Below the pieces are notes generated by a model, which did no database searches, was not told the DNA's origin, and was given only the letters and a program-made list of their open reading frames with translations. A program made the translations under genes and the position numbers. 28,165 bases of DNA from Azolla caroliniana (Eukaryota; Plantae; Polypodiophyta), in contig JBHGNT010000401.1 in assembly GCA_043228905.1 (NCBI GenBank), positions 1 to 28,165 of the forward strand, written 5' to 3'. Positions 1-10,914 of the stretch are shown here, piece after piece. Numbering within the stretch: position 1 is the first letter of the stretch; each line of letters begins with the position of its first letter.

Positions 1-290
1 ACCTTGATTGTAATCAAGGAGCACCCTAGTATTTATACAAGAATGTGGAGGTCTGCATGAAAGCTAGAAGACTTCTAGAGAGTGCATGGAAACTTCTAGA
101 GAGTGCATGAAGATACATTCTCTAGATGGTTCTTGAAAGTTCTAGTGATCAATCTATAATGAAATAAGTTAAATCTTATACAATACAATAATGCATAGAT
201 GGATGTAGCCCAACTGGTAAGGTTGCCCAATAAGACCAGAAGGTCACAGGCTCAACAACCACCATTCCATATGGCATCCTGTCTATGACA
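1..290 (-). repeat. 3' LTR of chromovirus A (runs off the left edge)
   Basis: Begins TGTCA on the minus strand at 290, directly after the PPT AGAGGGAGGATAA (291-303). TATAAATA on minus at about 30-37. Confidence 0.85.
199..270 (+). other. tRNA-like Pol III A/B-box cassette in LTR A
   Basis: TAGCCCAACTGG (206), AGGTC-ACAGG-CTCAACA (241-257), residual acceptor-like pairing ATGGATG/CATTCCAT. Confidence 0.65.
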
Positions 291-299
291 TTATCCTCC

Positions 300-2318
300 C
301 TCTAAGGCCGCCTCTTAGGACCCACAGCCGGTTTTTGTGGATAGCATGAAATGCTCGAACTATGTCTAGGGCATGCTTGAGATGGTGTGTCGGCTCCCAT
401 GTTGCTTCAGAGATCGGGTACCCTTTCAAGAGGACAAGGTATTGAAGCTAGTGACGGAAGAGACGAGAATCTAGAATTTGGTCGACCTCATACTCTTCTC
501 CGGTTGAGAGCTGGATTGGAGCAAGAGAAGGGTGTCGACCGGGGATTTCAGATATATGGTGAGGTTCCGAAAGGGAGACATGGAATACATTATGAATACA
601 GAAGTGGGATGGTAGCTCTAAGCGGACAACCATGGAACCAATTTTGTCGATGATTCGGAAAGGACCTAAATTCTTGTAATCAAGCTTCGGACAAGGATGA
701 GTGGTGGCAATATTGCGACGGAGAAGCCAAACAAAGTCACCTACCTCGAACCAGGGAGCATCTAAGCGAAGACGGACGGCTTGCTCCTTGTAGCGTTCGC
801 CAACAAGGGCGAGCTCCAAGGAAAGATCACAATGTACATCCTCCAAGAGACATGCTCCGTTCTCCACATAAGGATTAACAGAGTCCGAAGAAAGCGAAAT
901 GTTGAAGCGGGGGTGGAGACTGTAGTTTGTGAAAAATGGAGTAACTCTCGTAGATGTATGTAGAAGGTTGTTGTAGGCAAACTCGGCAAGTGGGAGAAGG
1001 TGAGCCCAGTTGTCTTGTTGGTAGCTAAGAGAGCACCGCAAGTATTGTTCCAAGATTTGGTTAACCCACTCTGTTTGTCCATCGGTTTGCGGAAGACATA
1101 TTCACAATACAACCGAAGGTTTGCAGAAAGCGCCGCCAGAAATTGGAAACAAATTGTGGTCCTCGATTAGAAGTGATATCGTCCGTGAGTCCATGTAGTC
1201 GAACCATATTTTTAAAAAACAAATCGGATGTCTCCTCTCCGGTAATGTTTTTGGCACATGGAGCAAAATGAGCCATCATGGTGAAGCGATCGACCATGAC
1301 AAATACGGAGTCATAGCCACCAACAAAAGGTAGGTCAGTGATGAAATCCATGGGAAGAGAGGCCCAAGGTCATTTGGGGATTGGGAGAGGGTGAAGGAGA
1401 CCATATGGTCGATGATGAGATACTTTAGAGCGAGCACAAATGTCACATGATTTAATGAACTCCTTGACCAATTTCCATGGTTGTGGTCACTAGTACCCCC
1501 GAGATATCAACTCCAAGGTTTTCGCAACACCAAAATGACCAACAAGTGGATTGTCGCGACATTGATGAAGCACCCTGGTTTGACAAGGACCTTTTGGGCC
1601 ATACAGAAGATTATCTCGAAACAAAAGATTATCCTGAATTGTAAAACGAGCTAAATCAGGCCTTTTGGGTTCGTAGGAGGGGTTTGTGATACTTGCCTTG
1701 ACATCTATGGCGAACTTGTCAGTCGTAGTGGCTTTTGTTATTTGTTTGAGTAAAGAGTCATCCCGAAGCAAGCAAGTTGCAAAGTTGTAGAATTGGTCAC
1801 GCTTTAACAAACTCTGGGACTACTAAACATAGGCTTCATCCTCCGGAGTGAGCTCAAATGCAGACCGACGGGATAAGACATCGGTTGTTGTGTGTTGAGT
1901 GCCGGGTCAAAAGATTATCTCAAAATCATAATCTGCCAAGAAGGTTGACCATCATGCTTGCCTGTGATTTAAGGTTCGTGTGGTAGAAAAGTATATTAGA
2001 TTTTTGTGATCTGCAATCACTTGGATACGGTGTTGCGCCCCAGCTAAATAGGGTCTCCATTCTTCAAAAGAAGCAACAATAGCGAGAAGCTCCTTGTTGT
2101 ATATGGGGTAGTTGATTTTTGGGGCTGTGAATTTGCGGGAGTAGTAAGCCATCGGGTGAAGCACACCAATCTCATCTGGCTGGGAGAGGATTGCCCCAAT
2201 GGCAAAATCGGAAAAATCTGTTTCGACTTGAAAAGGCTTAGTGGTGTCAGGATGTAAGAGGACTAGTGCCATAGTAAAGGCTTCTTTCAACAAGTCGAAC
2301 ACCTTTTGTGCAGTTGTG
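300..2318 (-). pseudogene. pol: pol fragment (RNase H-integrase-chromodomain) with stops and frameshifts
   Basis: ORF pieces 1952..2302, 1490..1810, 1061..1351 and 448..1053 in gypsy domain order. Confidence 0.9.
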
Positions 2319-2353
2319 TGGGTGTTGAAGCAATAGGTGCAATATTAATTCAA

Positions 2354-2393
2354 ATAGGTATTACGCAATCATATAGGTATTATGCAATCATAT
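2354..2393 (+). repeat. 19-bp tandem duplication ATAGGTATTAYGCAATCAT in the Tat RNase H
   Basis: Two adjacent copies with one mismatch. Confidence 0.8.
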
Positions 2394-2609
2394 ATGTGTC
2401 CAATATATTATATTAGTAGGAAGATGTCAATGGTAGAGAAGGCTTGGACACAAGAAGAAAAACTTGTATGGGCATTGGTATTTTCCTTGCAAAAATGGAA
2501 GTCGTATTTGTTAGGATGAATTGTTAGGAAACAGGTCCCTCCGGATGGGAAGTGAGAAGAACAGTGTTGATGAGCAAACTCGGCCAAGGCCGATAGGCCG
2601 AGGCCGAAA

Positions 2610-2752
2610 CCGGATGTGGAGTACCCGGTAACGGAAGACCCGGTGAGAACCGGATGACGAGTACCCGGCAAGGAAGGCCCGGTGAGAACCGGATGACGAG
2701 TGCCCGGCAAGAGCTGGATGGTGAAGACCCGATGAGAAGTGCTCACCGGATG
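2610..2752 (+). repeat. 39-40 bp CCGG-rich tandem repeat in LTR U3
   Basis: GAGTRCCCGG starts at 2619, 2659 and 2698. Confidence 0.8.
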
Positions 2753-3118
2753 AAGGGACATATTCGTAAATATGTTTCTGAGAGTCCATCGGGGCTATAT
2801 TTGTAAATAGCCGAAAAGTCATATTAGTATAAATATGACTTAGGACAAACTTAGTGTAGTGTAGTTGTCATTCTTGTTGGTGCAAGATTTGAGTGCAACC
2901 GTGTACAGAGAGAGAGTGAGAGACGAAGAGGACGTTGTCTCTGTTGTAACCGCCGCTTGTGGCGAAGATAGTGAACAAGAGGTCGTTGCCTCTGTGTTCA
3001 TCTAATGTATATTGTAACATAGTGATAGTTTGCAGTTTGTGGACTACCGTGGTTTTTCCCGTGTTTGGGTTTTCCACGTAAACATCCTGTGTACTCTTCT
3101 CTTTACTGTGTCGTGCGT

Positions 3119-4194
3119 TGTCGCGGAAATACGACAAGGATACGTGAACGTTGAGGCAAGACCCCGGGGCCATTGACTAGAGGATATCAAATTCATGTAT
3201 TTATGTACTAAGAATTAACCGAAATGAGAAAGATTAACAAATTTCATCAACAAGTAGAAAGAAAAATTACAATCAATCCCAAGATTGGGATTACAAAAGT
3301 TTTATCTTAAGGAGATTACTAGAATAATAGATTAGAAGAAACTAAGATATGGATTCCATAGAGATTTAGGGTTCTTGGCTTTCATAAGAGATTATGGTTA
3401 TATGAGTACTATGGCTTCCGTAGGGAAGATTAACGTTTTTGAGTGTTATGGCATCCGTAGGGAAGATTAGGGTTTATGAGAGATATGGCTTTCCTAAGAT
3501 AAGGGAGTTGAGAAGGAAAAGAAAATGAAGATAATATGGAGAGTTCCCAGTGTAAGAAAAAAAATGGAATATATATAGAGTTCTCCCTTGATCATAGCCT
3601 TTCCACTTTTTGTTGCATGGCCTCCACTTTTAGTTGCCTAGCTTTTTCTTTTAGTTGCATGGCTTTTTCTTTTAGTTACATGTGACCATCCACATGACCT
3701 TTACTTTTTGCATGCACTCCAACTTTAGTTGCTTGCGTCCACATGGCCTTTACTTTAGTTCTCTTCACTTTACTTTAGTTTGTTGTTTGATCCCATCCGG
3801 TTCCGATTTTGCTTACCGGCCGGTTTCTGGATTTGCATATCAGACCGGTTTCCGGATTTACTTACCAACCGGTTTCCGGTTTTAGGGAATTTGGCCACCA
3901 TCATCCATTAAGACAAAGTGGCCAAAGTGCTCTTAGCACAAATGAAAAATGAGGGAGCTCAAGGTGCTTATATAGCCAGGGCCTTAACTTTCTATCTATG
4001 TGGGATAGTTCTAATTTCCCTATCTTCTCAAACTTTATTTTCATATAACTTGATATGTATTTCTCCATTTTGTATATAGTAAAATACATTTTGAAGCTCT
4101 TGAGTATATCCATCTTTCTATAGTAAGCTACTAATCTAATCTATAATAATTATTTCATTATTTTTTTACATAGTGTGTGAAGATTCACACGATA
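3119..4194. mobile_element. Solo LTR with 4-bp TSD, related to element G (20892-22431)
   Basis: Starts TGTCGCGGAA and ends CACACGATA (CA mutated to TA). GCGT flanks both sides (3115-3118, 4195-4198). 4070-4165 resembles 21825-21920. Confidence 0.8.
3345..3885. repeat. Three degenerate minisatellite blocks inside the solo LTR
   Basis: About 38-bp ATGGCTTCCGTAGGGAAGATTA units (3345-3500), TTTTAGTTGCATGG units (3600-3785) and about 26-bp CCGGTTTCCGGATTT units (3797-3883). Confidence 0.7.
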
Positions 4195-4305
4195 GCGTAC
4201 AGTACCCGTTTTTCTATGTTTGATCCTAGACTCGGTTGTGGCCGAGCATTGTTTTCGAAGTGTGTAGTCCTTTCATGAATCACAATAGTTTTATCTTCAT
4301 GTGCT

Positions 4306-4900
4306 TTGCTCCCTCATATGTTAAGATTTCCAGGAGATAGCCCATGTATGAAATGGTGGATAATGATTATTCAAGAGTTTGAAGTAAGTTTTATTAAAGA
4401 AGAAACTACTAGGTCTAAGATGGTGGATTTGCTTACCTATAAGGAGCTTGTGCCAACAAAAAGTGTAAAAGATGTTAATGTCAAACCAATCAATGAGTCT
4501 AAAATAATGTTGAAAATGTTTGAAGGGGTATTATATTTTGATGGTGCTTTTAAGCAAAAAACAAAGATTGCGGGAATTGGATATGCTTTCGTGAATAGAG
4601 AATGCCATGAGTTATGGAGTGAAAGTGGTCACATTGAAGCGAATAGTCACAATGAGGTTGAGTATCTTAGCTTAATTCATGCCTTACAAGTATGCTTGGA
4701 AAAAGGAATTAGAAGTTTGATGGTGAACGGAGATTCGTTGTTGATTATAAGACAAGTGCAGGGGGTGTGGAAGGTGCAAAAGACTAGTCTTCGTCCCCTT
4801 CTCCAACAAGTAATGCAATTGCGACGCCAGTTCGTGGAGTGTCCATTTTAGCATATACCAAGAGATAAGAATGCAAGGTCTCATGAGCTAGCAAGCAAGA
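4306..4900 (+). pseudogene. End of gypsy RNase H plus additional (archaeal-type) RNase H domain
   Basis: ORF 4306..4851 with FDGA, NEVEY and GDS motifs, then 'HIPRDKNARSHELA' past a premature stop. Confidence 0.88.
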
Positions 4901-5659
4901 GATAGTAGCCAAGAAGTGGGAGTGGATGCTATAAATATGCGATCATATAAAGGTCGAGAAGAGCGTAGAAGAGGAGGAATATGTTTTAAGGACAGGAAGG
5001 GCTAGAAAAGAGCTCTCATATCATAGGCGTCTTGCCGTAACACATCATGAGATAACAAGCAATATAACAGCACAAGAAGTGAGAGTGCATGCTATAAATA
5101 TGCCATCATATAAAGGGCGAGAGAGCCTAGAAGAGGAGGAATATGTTTTAAGGATAGTAAGGGCTAGAAAAGAGCTCCCATATCATAGGTGTCATGAACA
5201 AACAAAGATTGCAGGAATTGGATATGCTTTCATGAATAGAGAATGCCATGAGTTACGGAGTGGAAGTGGTCACATCGAAGCGAATAGTCACAATGAGGTT
5301 GAGTATCTTAGCTTAATTCATGCCTTACAAGTATGATTGGAAAAAGGAATTAGAAGTTTGATGGTGAAGGGAGATTCGTTGTTGCTTATAAGACAAGTGC
5401 AAGGGGTGTGGAAGGTGCAAAAGACTAGTCTTTGTCCCCTTCTCCAACAAGTAATGCAATTGCAACGCCAGTTCGTGGAGTGTCCATTTTAGCATATCCG
5501 AAGAGATAAGAATGCAACGGCTCATGAACTAGCAAGCAAGATAGTATCCAAGAAGTGGGAGTGCATGCTATAAATATTCCATCATATAAAGGTTGAGAGA
5601 GCGTAGAAGAGGAGGAATATGTTTTAAGGACAGGAAGGGCTAGAAAAGAGCTCTCATAT

Positions 5660-6810
5660 TGTGCACAAAGGTATGTGATAATACATGATGATCTTTATGT
5701 AGATGGGGTGCTTAAACGTGTATTATGTCATGATGAGATTCAATAATGTTTGTCTATGTGTCATGAGAAAGGATGTGGAGGCCATTTTGGAATAGAATAT
5801 ACTAAAAGGAAGATTATGCAAACTCAAGTAACATGGCCAACCATGTATAGGGATGTGGTACATTGGTGTAGATCATGTCACGAATTTTAATTATATCAAC
5901 AAAGAAGATTAATGCATGAACCTCTAGGAAGGATTGTTAGCTATAAGATATTCTCTGCGTAGGGTTTAGATATCATTGGGCCATTACCTAGTTCTAGTAG
6001 TGGCAAAGTATACATTATGTCAGCAATAGAATATGTTTCACGATGGCCAGAAGCACGGGCTACATGTACTCCAACAAGCAAAGAAATGGCAAAGTTTGTT
6101 TTTGAACAAGTAGTATGTAGATTTGGTGTGCCTTTGGAGTTAGTTACAGATAATGGTCCTGAATTTAGAGGAGATTTTGTTAAAGATTTGGTAACTCATT
6201 TGGAGATTGCACATAAAAAGGCTACTCCATATCACCCACAATGTAATGGATTGGTGGGGGCCTTTAATGGGACTATACATAAGCTATTGTTCAAGCTTTT
6301 GCACTTGTATCCACGGAGTTGGGGATAAAGAGTTGAACAAAGCACTATGGGCATGTAGGATGACACATAAGCTTTCCACAGGTTTTACTCCCTTCCACTT
6401 TGGGGAGGATGCAATGATGCCTGCAAATGTGTTGTTTCCTTCTATTCAAATGATGGAGTGTTTAGGAGTGCACGATGAATTTCAAATGGATATACGAAAA
6501 GAAGCTATGCATGATTTATTTTGGAAAAGAGATGAGGCAATACATTTCTATGAAGACTTGTGTCAACAATGGGATAAAAGAAGTCAAGCACTAGCAAGGA
6601 AAACAAAACTTGATGGAGGGTATGTTGGTCTTAGTATATAATAGTTCCTCGGATAAGACTTTTTAAAGAAAATTCAAGCATAAGTGGGATGGACCTTATG
6701 TAATCCACAAGAGGTTTACCAATGGTACATATGAGCTAAAGAGTGTGGCTGGATCATTAATGAGAGAAAGGATCAATGGGGTGAGATTAAAGCCATATCA
6801 TTTACGCATA
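5660..6810 (+). pseudogene. Tat integrase (zinc finger, catalytic core, GPY/F), disrupted
   Basis: 'CHEKGCGGHFG', 'WCRSCHE', 'LDIIGPLP', ORFs 6017..6328 and 6207..6641. Confidence 0.88.
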
Positions 6811-7001
6811 ATGAGCTCCTCAATGACAATGCTTTCTTAAAGTACAAAGAATGAAACTTTTAATTGTACGTATTTGTGAATTTTTTTTAGGTATTTGCTG
6901 CTCAAGACAAGGATAAGGTATATGTAGAGGATATTGGTAGTTTACTAGTGTTTCGCTAGAAAAAGCTTTGACTTTATCAAAACTTTACTTGGAGGGGGCG
7001 A

Positions 7002-7810
7002 TATCAAAGTGTTTTGTTTTACTTGTGCTCAACAAAGTGGCTAAAAGATACTAAAATATGGACACAAGCTGTTATGACACTTTAGGCATGATGGTGGATG
7101 CTTTAATCGAAGGTAGATTTGAAGAATCAAGATGAATTGATGTGACATAGTCAAAGAGTGCCTTTACAATAGGCAGGCAATGTTTTGGTCATAATATTTC
7201 AAGGAAATATTGGATTTCAATAAATAAACACTCTTTGGAAAGCTTTCTCAACGTGCTACAAATGTCTAGAAGAGGTCGTGGATAGAATCAAGTGTCTTCA
7301 TACCCAAAATAGAAGATCTATCGGTTTGCATGCAAAGGAAAGTGGTTGAAGTGTTACATGTGCGACACGTGGCAAGATACATGCAAGAACTAATAATTAA
7401 GCCCCTATTGTATATAATTATGAGTATAGAAGCCTTGAGAATAGAATAGCCTTAGAATATCTCTCTTGATGTAGTGTGAGTTTTTATATCCGTCTTGTTA
7501 ATACATACTCTATGTTCATTCTCCTTTTCTCTCTCATAGATTATGGTACATATCTTTGTCACTTCCAATCCCTTATTTGTTGTACGTGAATGATTATCAT
7601 AAAATATTGTAAACCTGCTTTCGTGTAGTGAGAATTTATATGTATATAATATTATCAACTCTTGATATAGATCTTCCTATCTCATGTTTCTTCATTGATT
7701 GTCTCTGTCATACCCATTCATCTGCTTCTGTGTATTTGGTCTTTCTTAAACTCAAAAATGTTGTTATGATGCCCTACGATGATGTGCCTTATGTGTTTCT
7801 AGATGTATTG
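7002..7810 (+). repeat. Probable 3' LTR of the Tat element (right end not resolved)
   Basis: Follows the PPT, starts TATCAAAG (probably TG mutated to TA), non-coding, TATA-like sequence near 7410. Confidence 0.55.
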
Positions 7811-7811
7811 T

Positions 7812-8513
7812 GCTAGACTTTTGAGAGGCAAATTCTTGCGCAACAATGCGCCAGAGTCACAACAACAAAGGAGCTGAGATGGGCCTTCTTAGCACACAAG
7901 CCAACCAAGAAGGTTGAGGAGCACCGAATCGGACGGGTCGAGGAAAGAAGGACCGGACCAGACGAGGAGCACGAGCCCGGTGGGAGGACGCCAAGAGGAG
8001 CCGGAGGAGAGGACCAACTACCATAGACACTGACACAGCGATCCAACCTCAAGTTGAGCTTGAGGGGGAGTGTTGAGCGGACAAGCTCAACCGGATCCAG
8101 ATCGGTTGAACAAGCCAGAGCCGGATCAGAGTCTAGAACGAAGAACCAGATTGGTGGCCGGATGGTATCCGGAACCAAGAGTTGGATCGGATCGCAACCG
8201 GTAGGCCATTAGGGGCTTACGAATCTAGCCTAGTACATAGGCATATTTTTAGGAGTTAGTGTCACTCGCTCTTATGAGAATTGTAGTACATGTCAGTACT
8301 TTTGTCAGTCCGTGTAAGGACTTGTATAAAAGTGCCCACTGAGCACATTTGTATGTACAGAGTGTTATTATTCGAATTGAGTTTTATTGTTCTGATCTCT
8401 CTGTCTCTCCTATGTATTTTTAAGGTTCCATTAAACCTGTCTGTATTTTGTTGCTATACGGTAGAGTCGGTTCTGTCTCAGCTTTAGAATATTCACTTTT
8501 ACAACCCTCGACA
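7812..8513 (+). mobile_element. Ty1/copia D remnant: 3' UTR, PPT and 3' LTR (8071-8513)
   Basis: Copia-type PPT TTGAGGGGGAG directly before TGTTGAG (8071). TATAAAA near 8326. Ends CTCGACA at 8513, where chromovirus B gag resumes. Confidence 0.82.
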
Positions 8514-9364
8514 TTGTGTTGACTCTATTTCCATCAGATTTGTGCCATCCCTTGTAATGGATCTTGAAACTTGTGGAGGCGTTGCGACTACAGAAGCGGT
8601 GTAACATTTGTTGACGCTCAAAACGTCACTCACATAGGCGATTATCACATTGCATGGCTTGACTAATGGCCTCCATAGGAGACTTCAGATATTCATGGAA
8701 ATTAAGAAGAAGATCTTTGACATCATTACACAAACCTTGATGGAATTGATCCATTAAGGCCGCCTCATCCCAAGGGATATCGCATGCCAAGAGATGGAAA
8801 TCAGCTGCGTAAGGTGACGTGGGACGATCTCCTTGTTGGAGCCTTCGAATCTTGTTTATCGTCATCTTAGTGATGTCGGTGTCTCCGAAACTAGCTTGAA
8901 ACTCCTTAAAAAATGCCTCGAAATCCTCCATCAATGGTGATTTCTTCTCGAGAAGTGGTGCAAACCATGCTAATGTCGTACCACATAGCAAGGTTCCCAC
9001 TAATCCCACACGAGCAACATCAGTTGGGTATTGATTGGGATGTAGCTGAATAACCAAATGAACTTGATTCAAAAAGCCTCGAAATAAAGACCTCGTACCA
9101 TCAAACTTTGGCGGGGAGGCTAATATTTGGTTCACTAGGGGAGTTTTGAGCCCCCGACACTTGTTCTCGTAATGATAATATAGTAGTCTCAAGTTGGTGA
9201 ACCCGTTGTGATAACTCTTCATATTGTTGAGCTTTTTCAGTACTCACTTGTTGTAGGTCCCCAAGTAGCCTTTGATTTTCATGTTCTAATGCCACAAATT
9301 TATTCATGAGCATGTCAAGCTCAGAAAGAACATACATATATTCCTGTTTGCTCACGGATTCTAT
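8514..9364 (-). pseudogene. gag: gag (sushi/PEG10-like capsid), frameshifted
   Basis: ORFs 9101..9355 and 8626..9222 'PPKFDGTRSLFRGFLNQ...LAWFAPLLE...LQQGDRP'. The start codon appears mutated to ATA at 9364. Confidence 0.9.
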
Positions 9365-9456
9365 AGCTTACGACGGGAGAGGAGAAGAAAGAAGAGAACT
9401 TCTTAGGGTTCGTGGAAGAGGAAGAAATGAAAATTTGGTTCAAACTGTCAAGACAA

Positions 9457-9513
9457 AGAGAGAGAGAGAGAGAGAGAGATAGTGTTAAGACACACACACA
9501 AACACACACACAC
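9457..9513. repeat. (GA)n and (CA)n microsatellites in LTR B U5
   Basis: Seen directly in the sequence. Confidence 0.9.
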
Positions 9514-9737
9514 AGTTGAAAAGAAAGTATTATATTGCACTATAAGATGGATTACAAAAAGTGGGCAACAAACAACTATAAAATGGCGTTGAACCAATTT
9601 GGTTTTGGGATGATTGATATAGAACACTCTAGAATATTCTAGGTCATTCTAGATTAATATAGAATATTCTTATGATATTAGATTATATATTCTGAAAACT
9701 ACACATATAAACATATTATTAGAATGGATAAGGATTT

Positions 9738-10277
9738 TGTTGGGGATATGTCCCTCCTGTGGGAGGATGATCCGACTGTTCGGAAAGCCGACAGTCGAAG
9801 AGTCGGAAAACAGAATCCGAAATCATGCAAATAGCCAACTAGGGAGACTATATTTGTAAATAGTCTAAGTGTGCGCCCCATGAGGGCTACGTGTGTAAAT
9901 AGCCAGAAAATTTGTGTAGGTATATATGCAACTAGGGCAAACTTTATGTGCGTGTGTAGAGAACTGTGTGTGCAAGAGAAAGAGAGCGTGAGATAGAGAA
10001 GTGTGAGCCGCGCCATACCTGTGTGAGAACAGCAGACACGAAGAGCCCTTTGCGGCTGATACACTCGACATAGTGTTGTATTCCTCTCAGTGTTGTATAT
10101 CCACTTTGTATAGTGAAGATTTTGTTCACCCGTGGTTTTCCCCGTTTTAGGGTTTCCACGTAAATCTCTGTGCACCATTTGTTTATCTTGTCTTGTTTAT
10201 CTTGGCATATTTTCTATAATTTGTATTTCAGCGCGTAGTTCGTTTATTGTGATCTATTCCACATCGATTTCTCAACA
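9738..10277 (+). mobile_element. Solo LTR (540 bp, copia-like)
   Basis: TGTTG...CAACA ends with a perfect TSD GATTT (9733-9737, 10278-10282). Confidence 0.93.
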
Positions 10278-10914
10278 GATTTGACATGCGTATAACAAGG
10301 TCGTGGGTTCAAATCCTTTCGAGGCATAATGTGAGTGTCATCATGACAGAGCGAAGTATTCACACACTTTCAAAAGTTCAAAAGTGAAGTAAAAAAGGCA
10401 ACAAGCTGGCATGTACGATGTCTTCGGTTGGACGAAGATTAAGAATACTTTTCCAATGCATTCACGACATACCTTCGACAAGATGGAATCCAGTAAGAAT
10501 TTTTGTGTCCACATACACCACAATAGGATAGAGTAGCCGAATGGAAAAATCAGCACATTCTCGAGGTAGCAAGGGCCATGTTGAACGAACGAAAAACATA
10601 TGCCAAAGTCATATTGGGCCGAAGCAGCATGCATAGTCGTCTACCTAATGAATTGATGTACGACATCCATGTGCATGAGGACACAACTCACAAGATGTTC
10701 TATGAAAAGAGTCGAGACTTATTCGACGTCAGGATATTCGGCTCAATTGCATACGTGCACATTCCTTATGAGAAGCAACAGAAGTTTGACCCAAATCGGA
10801 GAAGTGCATTCGTTTTTTTTTAAAAGAAATATACACCTTAGTATATTACTTGAGAAATGTACACAAAAAAAACAGAAGACGACATTTCATCTCACTTCTA
10901 TTGTGATACAAAGG

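Larger units (their letters stand above)
1..2318 (-). mobile_element. Ty3/gypsy chromovirus A (Tcn1/sushi-like), 3' half: RNase H, integrase, chromodomain, PPT, 3' LTR
   Basis: Minus-strand ORF fragments: RNase H 'ETDFSDFAIGAILSQ...AYYSRKF', integrase 'GHFGVAKTLELISR', 'MDFITDLP...VDRFT', 'KNLGPFRI', chromodomain 'EEYEVDQILDSR'. Truncated at about 2318. Confidence 0.93.
2522..4275 (+). mobile_element. Solo LTR (copia-like), itself interrupted at 3119-4198
   Basis: TGTTAG...TTTCA ends, 5-bp TSD TGAAT (2517-2521 and 4276-4280), TATAAATA near 2829. Shares start and ATATTTGTAAATAG motif with the LTRs at 9738 and 27725. Confidence 0.9.
2319..7810 (+). mobile_element. Tat-type Ty3/gypsy remnant (RNase H, additional RNase H, integrase, PPT, 3' LTR), interrupted by solo LTRs
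   Basis: My translation from about 2320 gives 'VEAIGAILIQ...SRKMSMVEKAWTQEEKLVWALVFSLQKWKSYLL'. Additional RNase H 'LYFDGAF...NEVEY...GDSLLIIRQV' (4520-4900). Integrase 'GGHFG', 'LVTDNGPEF...PYHPQCNG', 'WDGPY'. PPT GGAGGGGGCGA at 6991-7001. Confidence 0.88.
8514..10348 (-). mobile_element. Chromovirus B 5' part: 5' LTR (9446-10348, interrupted), PBS, gag
   Basis: LTR ends TGTCA...TGACA. gag is homologous to element C gag. Inserted in the copia E integrase. Confidence 0.9.

Noticed and set aside
199-270. Functional tRNA genes at the tRNA-like cassettes
   Set aside because: The anticodon arms do not pair and no isotype can be assigned. All copies lie inside LTRs.
2323-2340. TGTTGAAGC as an LTR start
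   Set aside because: It translates as 'VEAIGAILIQ' of the Tat RNase H.
2610-3885. CRISPR-like arrays
   Set aside because: These are degenerate tandem repeats without unique spacers, inside eukaryotic LTRs, with no cas genes.
2314-8518. TTGTG at 2314-2318 and 8514-8518 as the TSD of one large insertion, making A and B one element
   Set aside because: The left side continues into RNase H coding sequence, not an LTR. The A and B LTRs differ, and protease and RT would be missing. Probably coincidence.
8626-9222. Domesticated PEG10/RTL-like gene
   Set aside because: It is frameshifted and attached to an LTR and PBS, so it is an ordinary retrotransposon gag.
7813-10178. ORFs 7813..8178, 9699..10178 and similar LTR-spanning ORFs as host genes
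   Set aside because: They cross element boundaries, have low complexity and show no recognisable domains.
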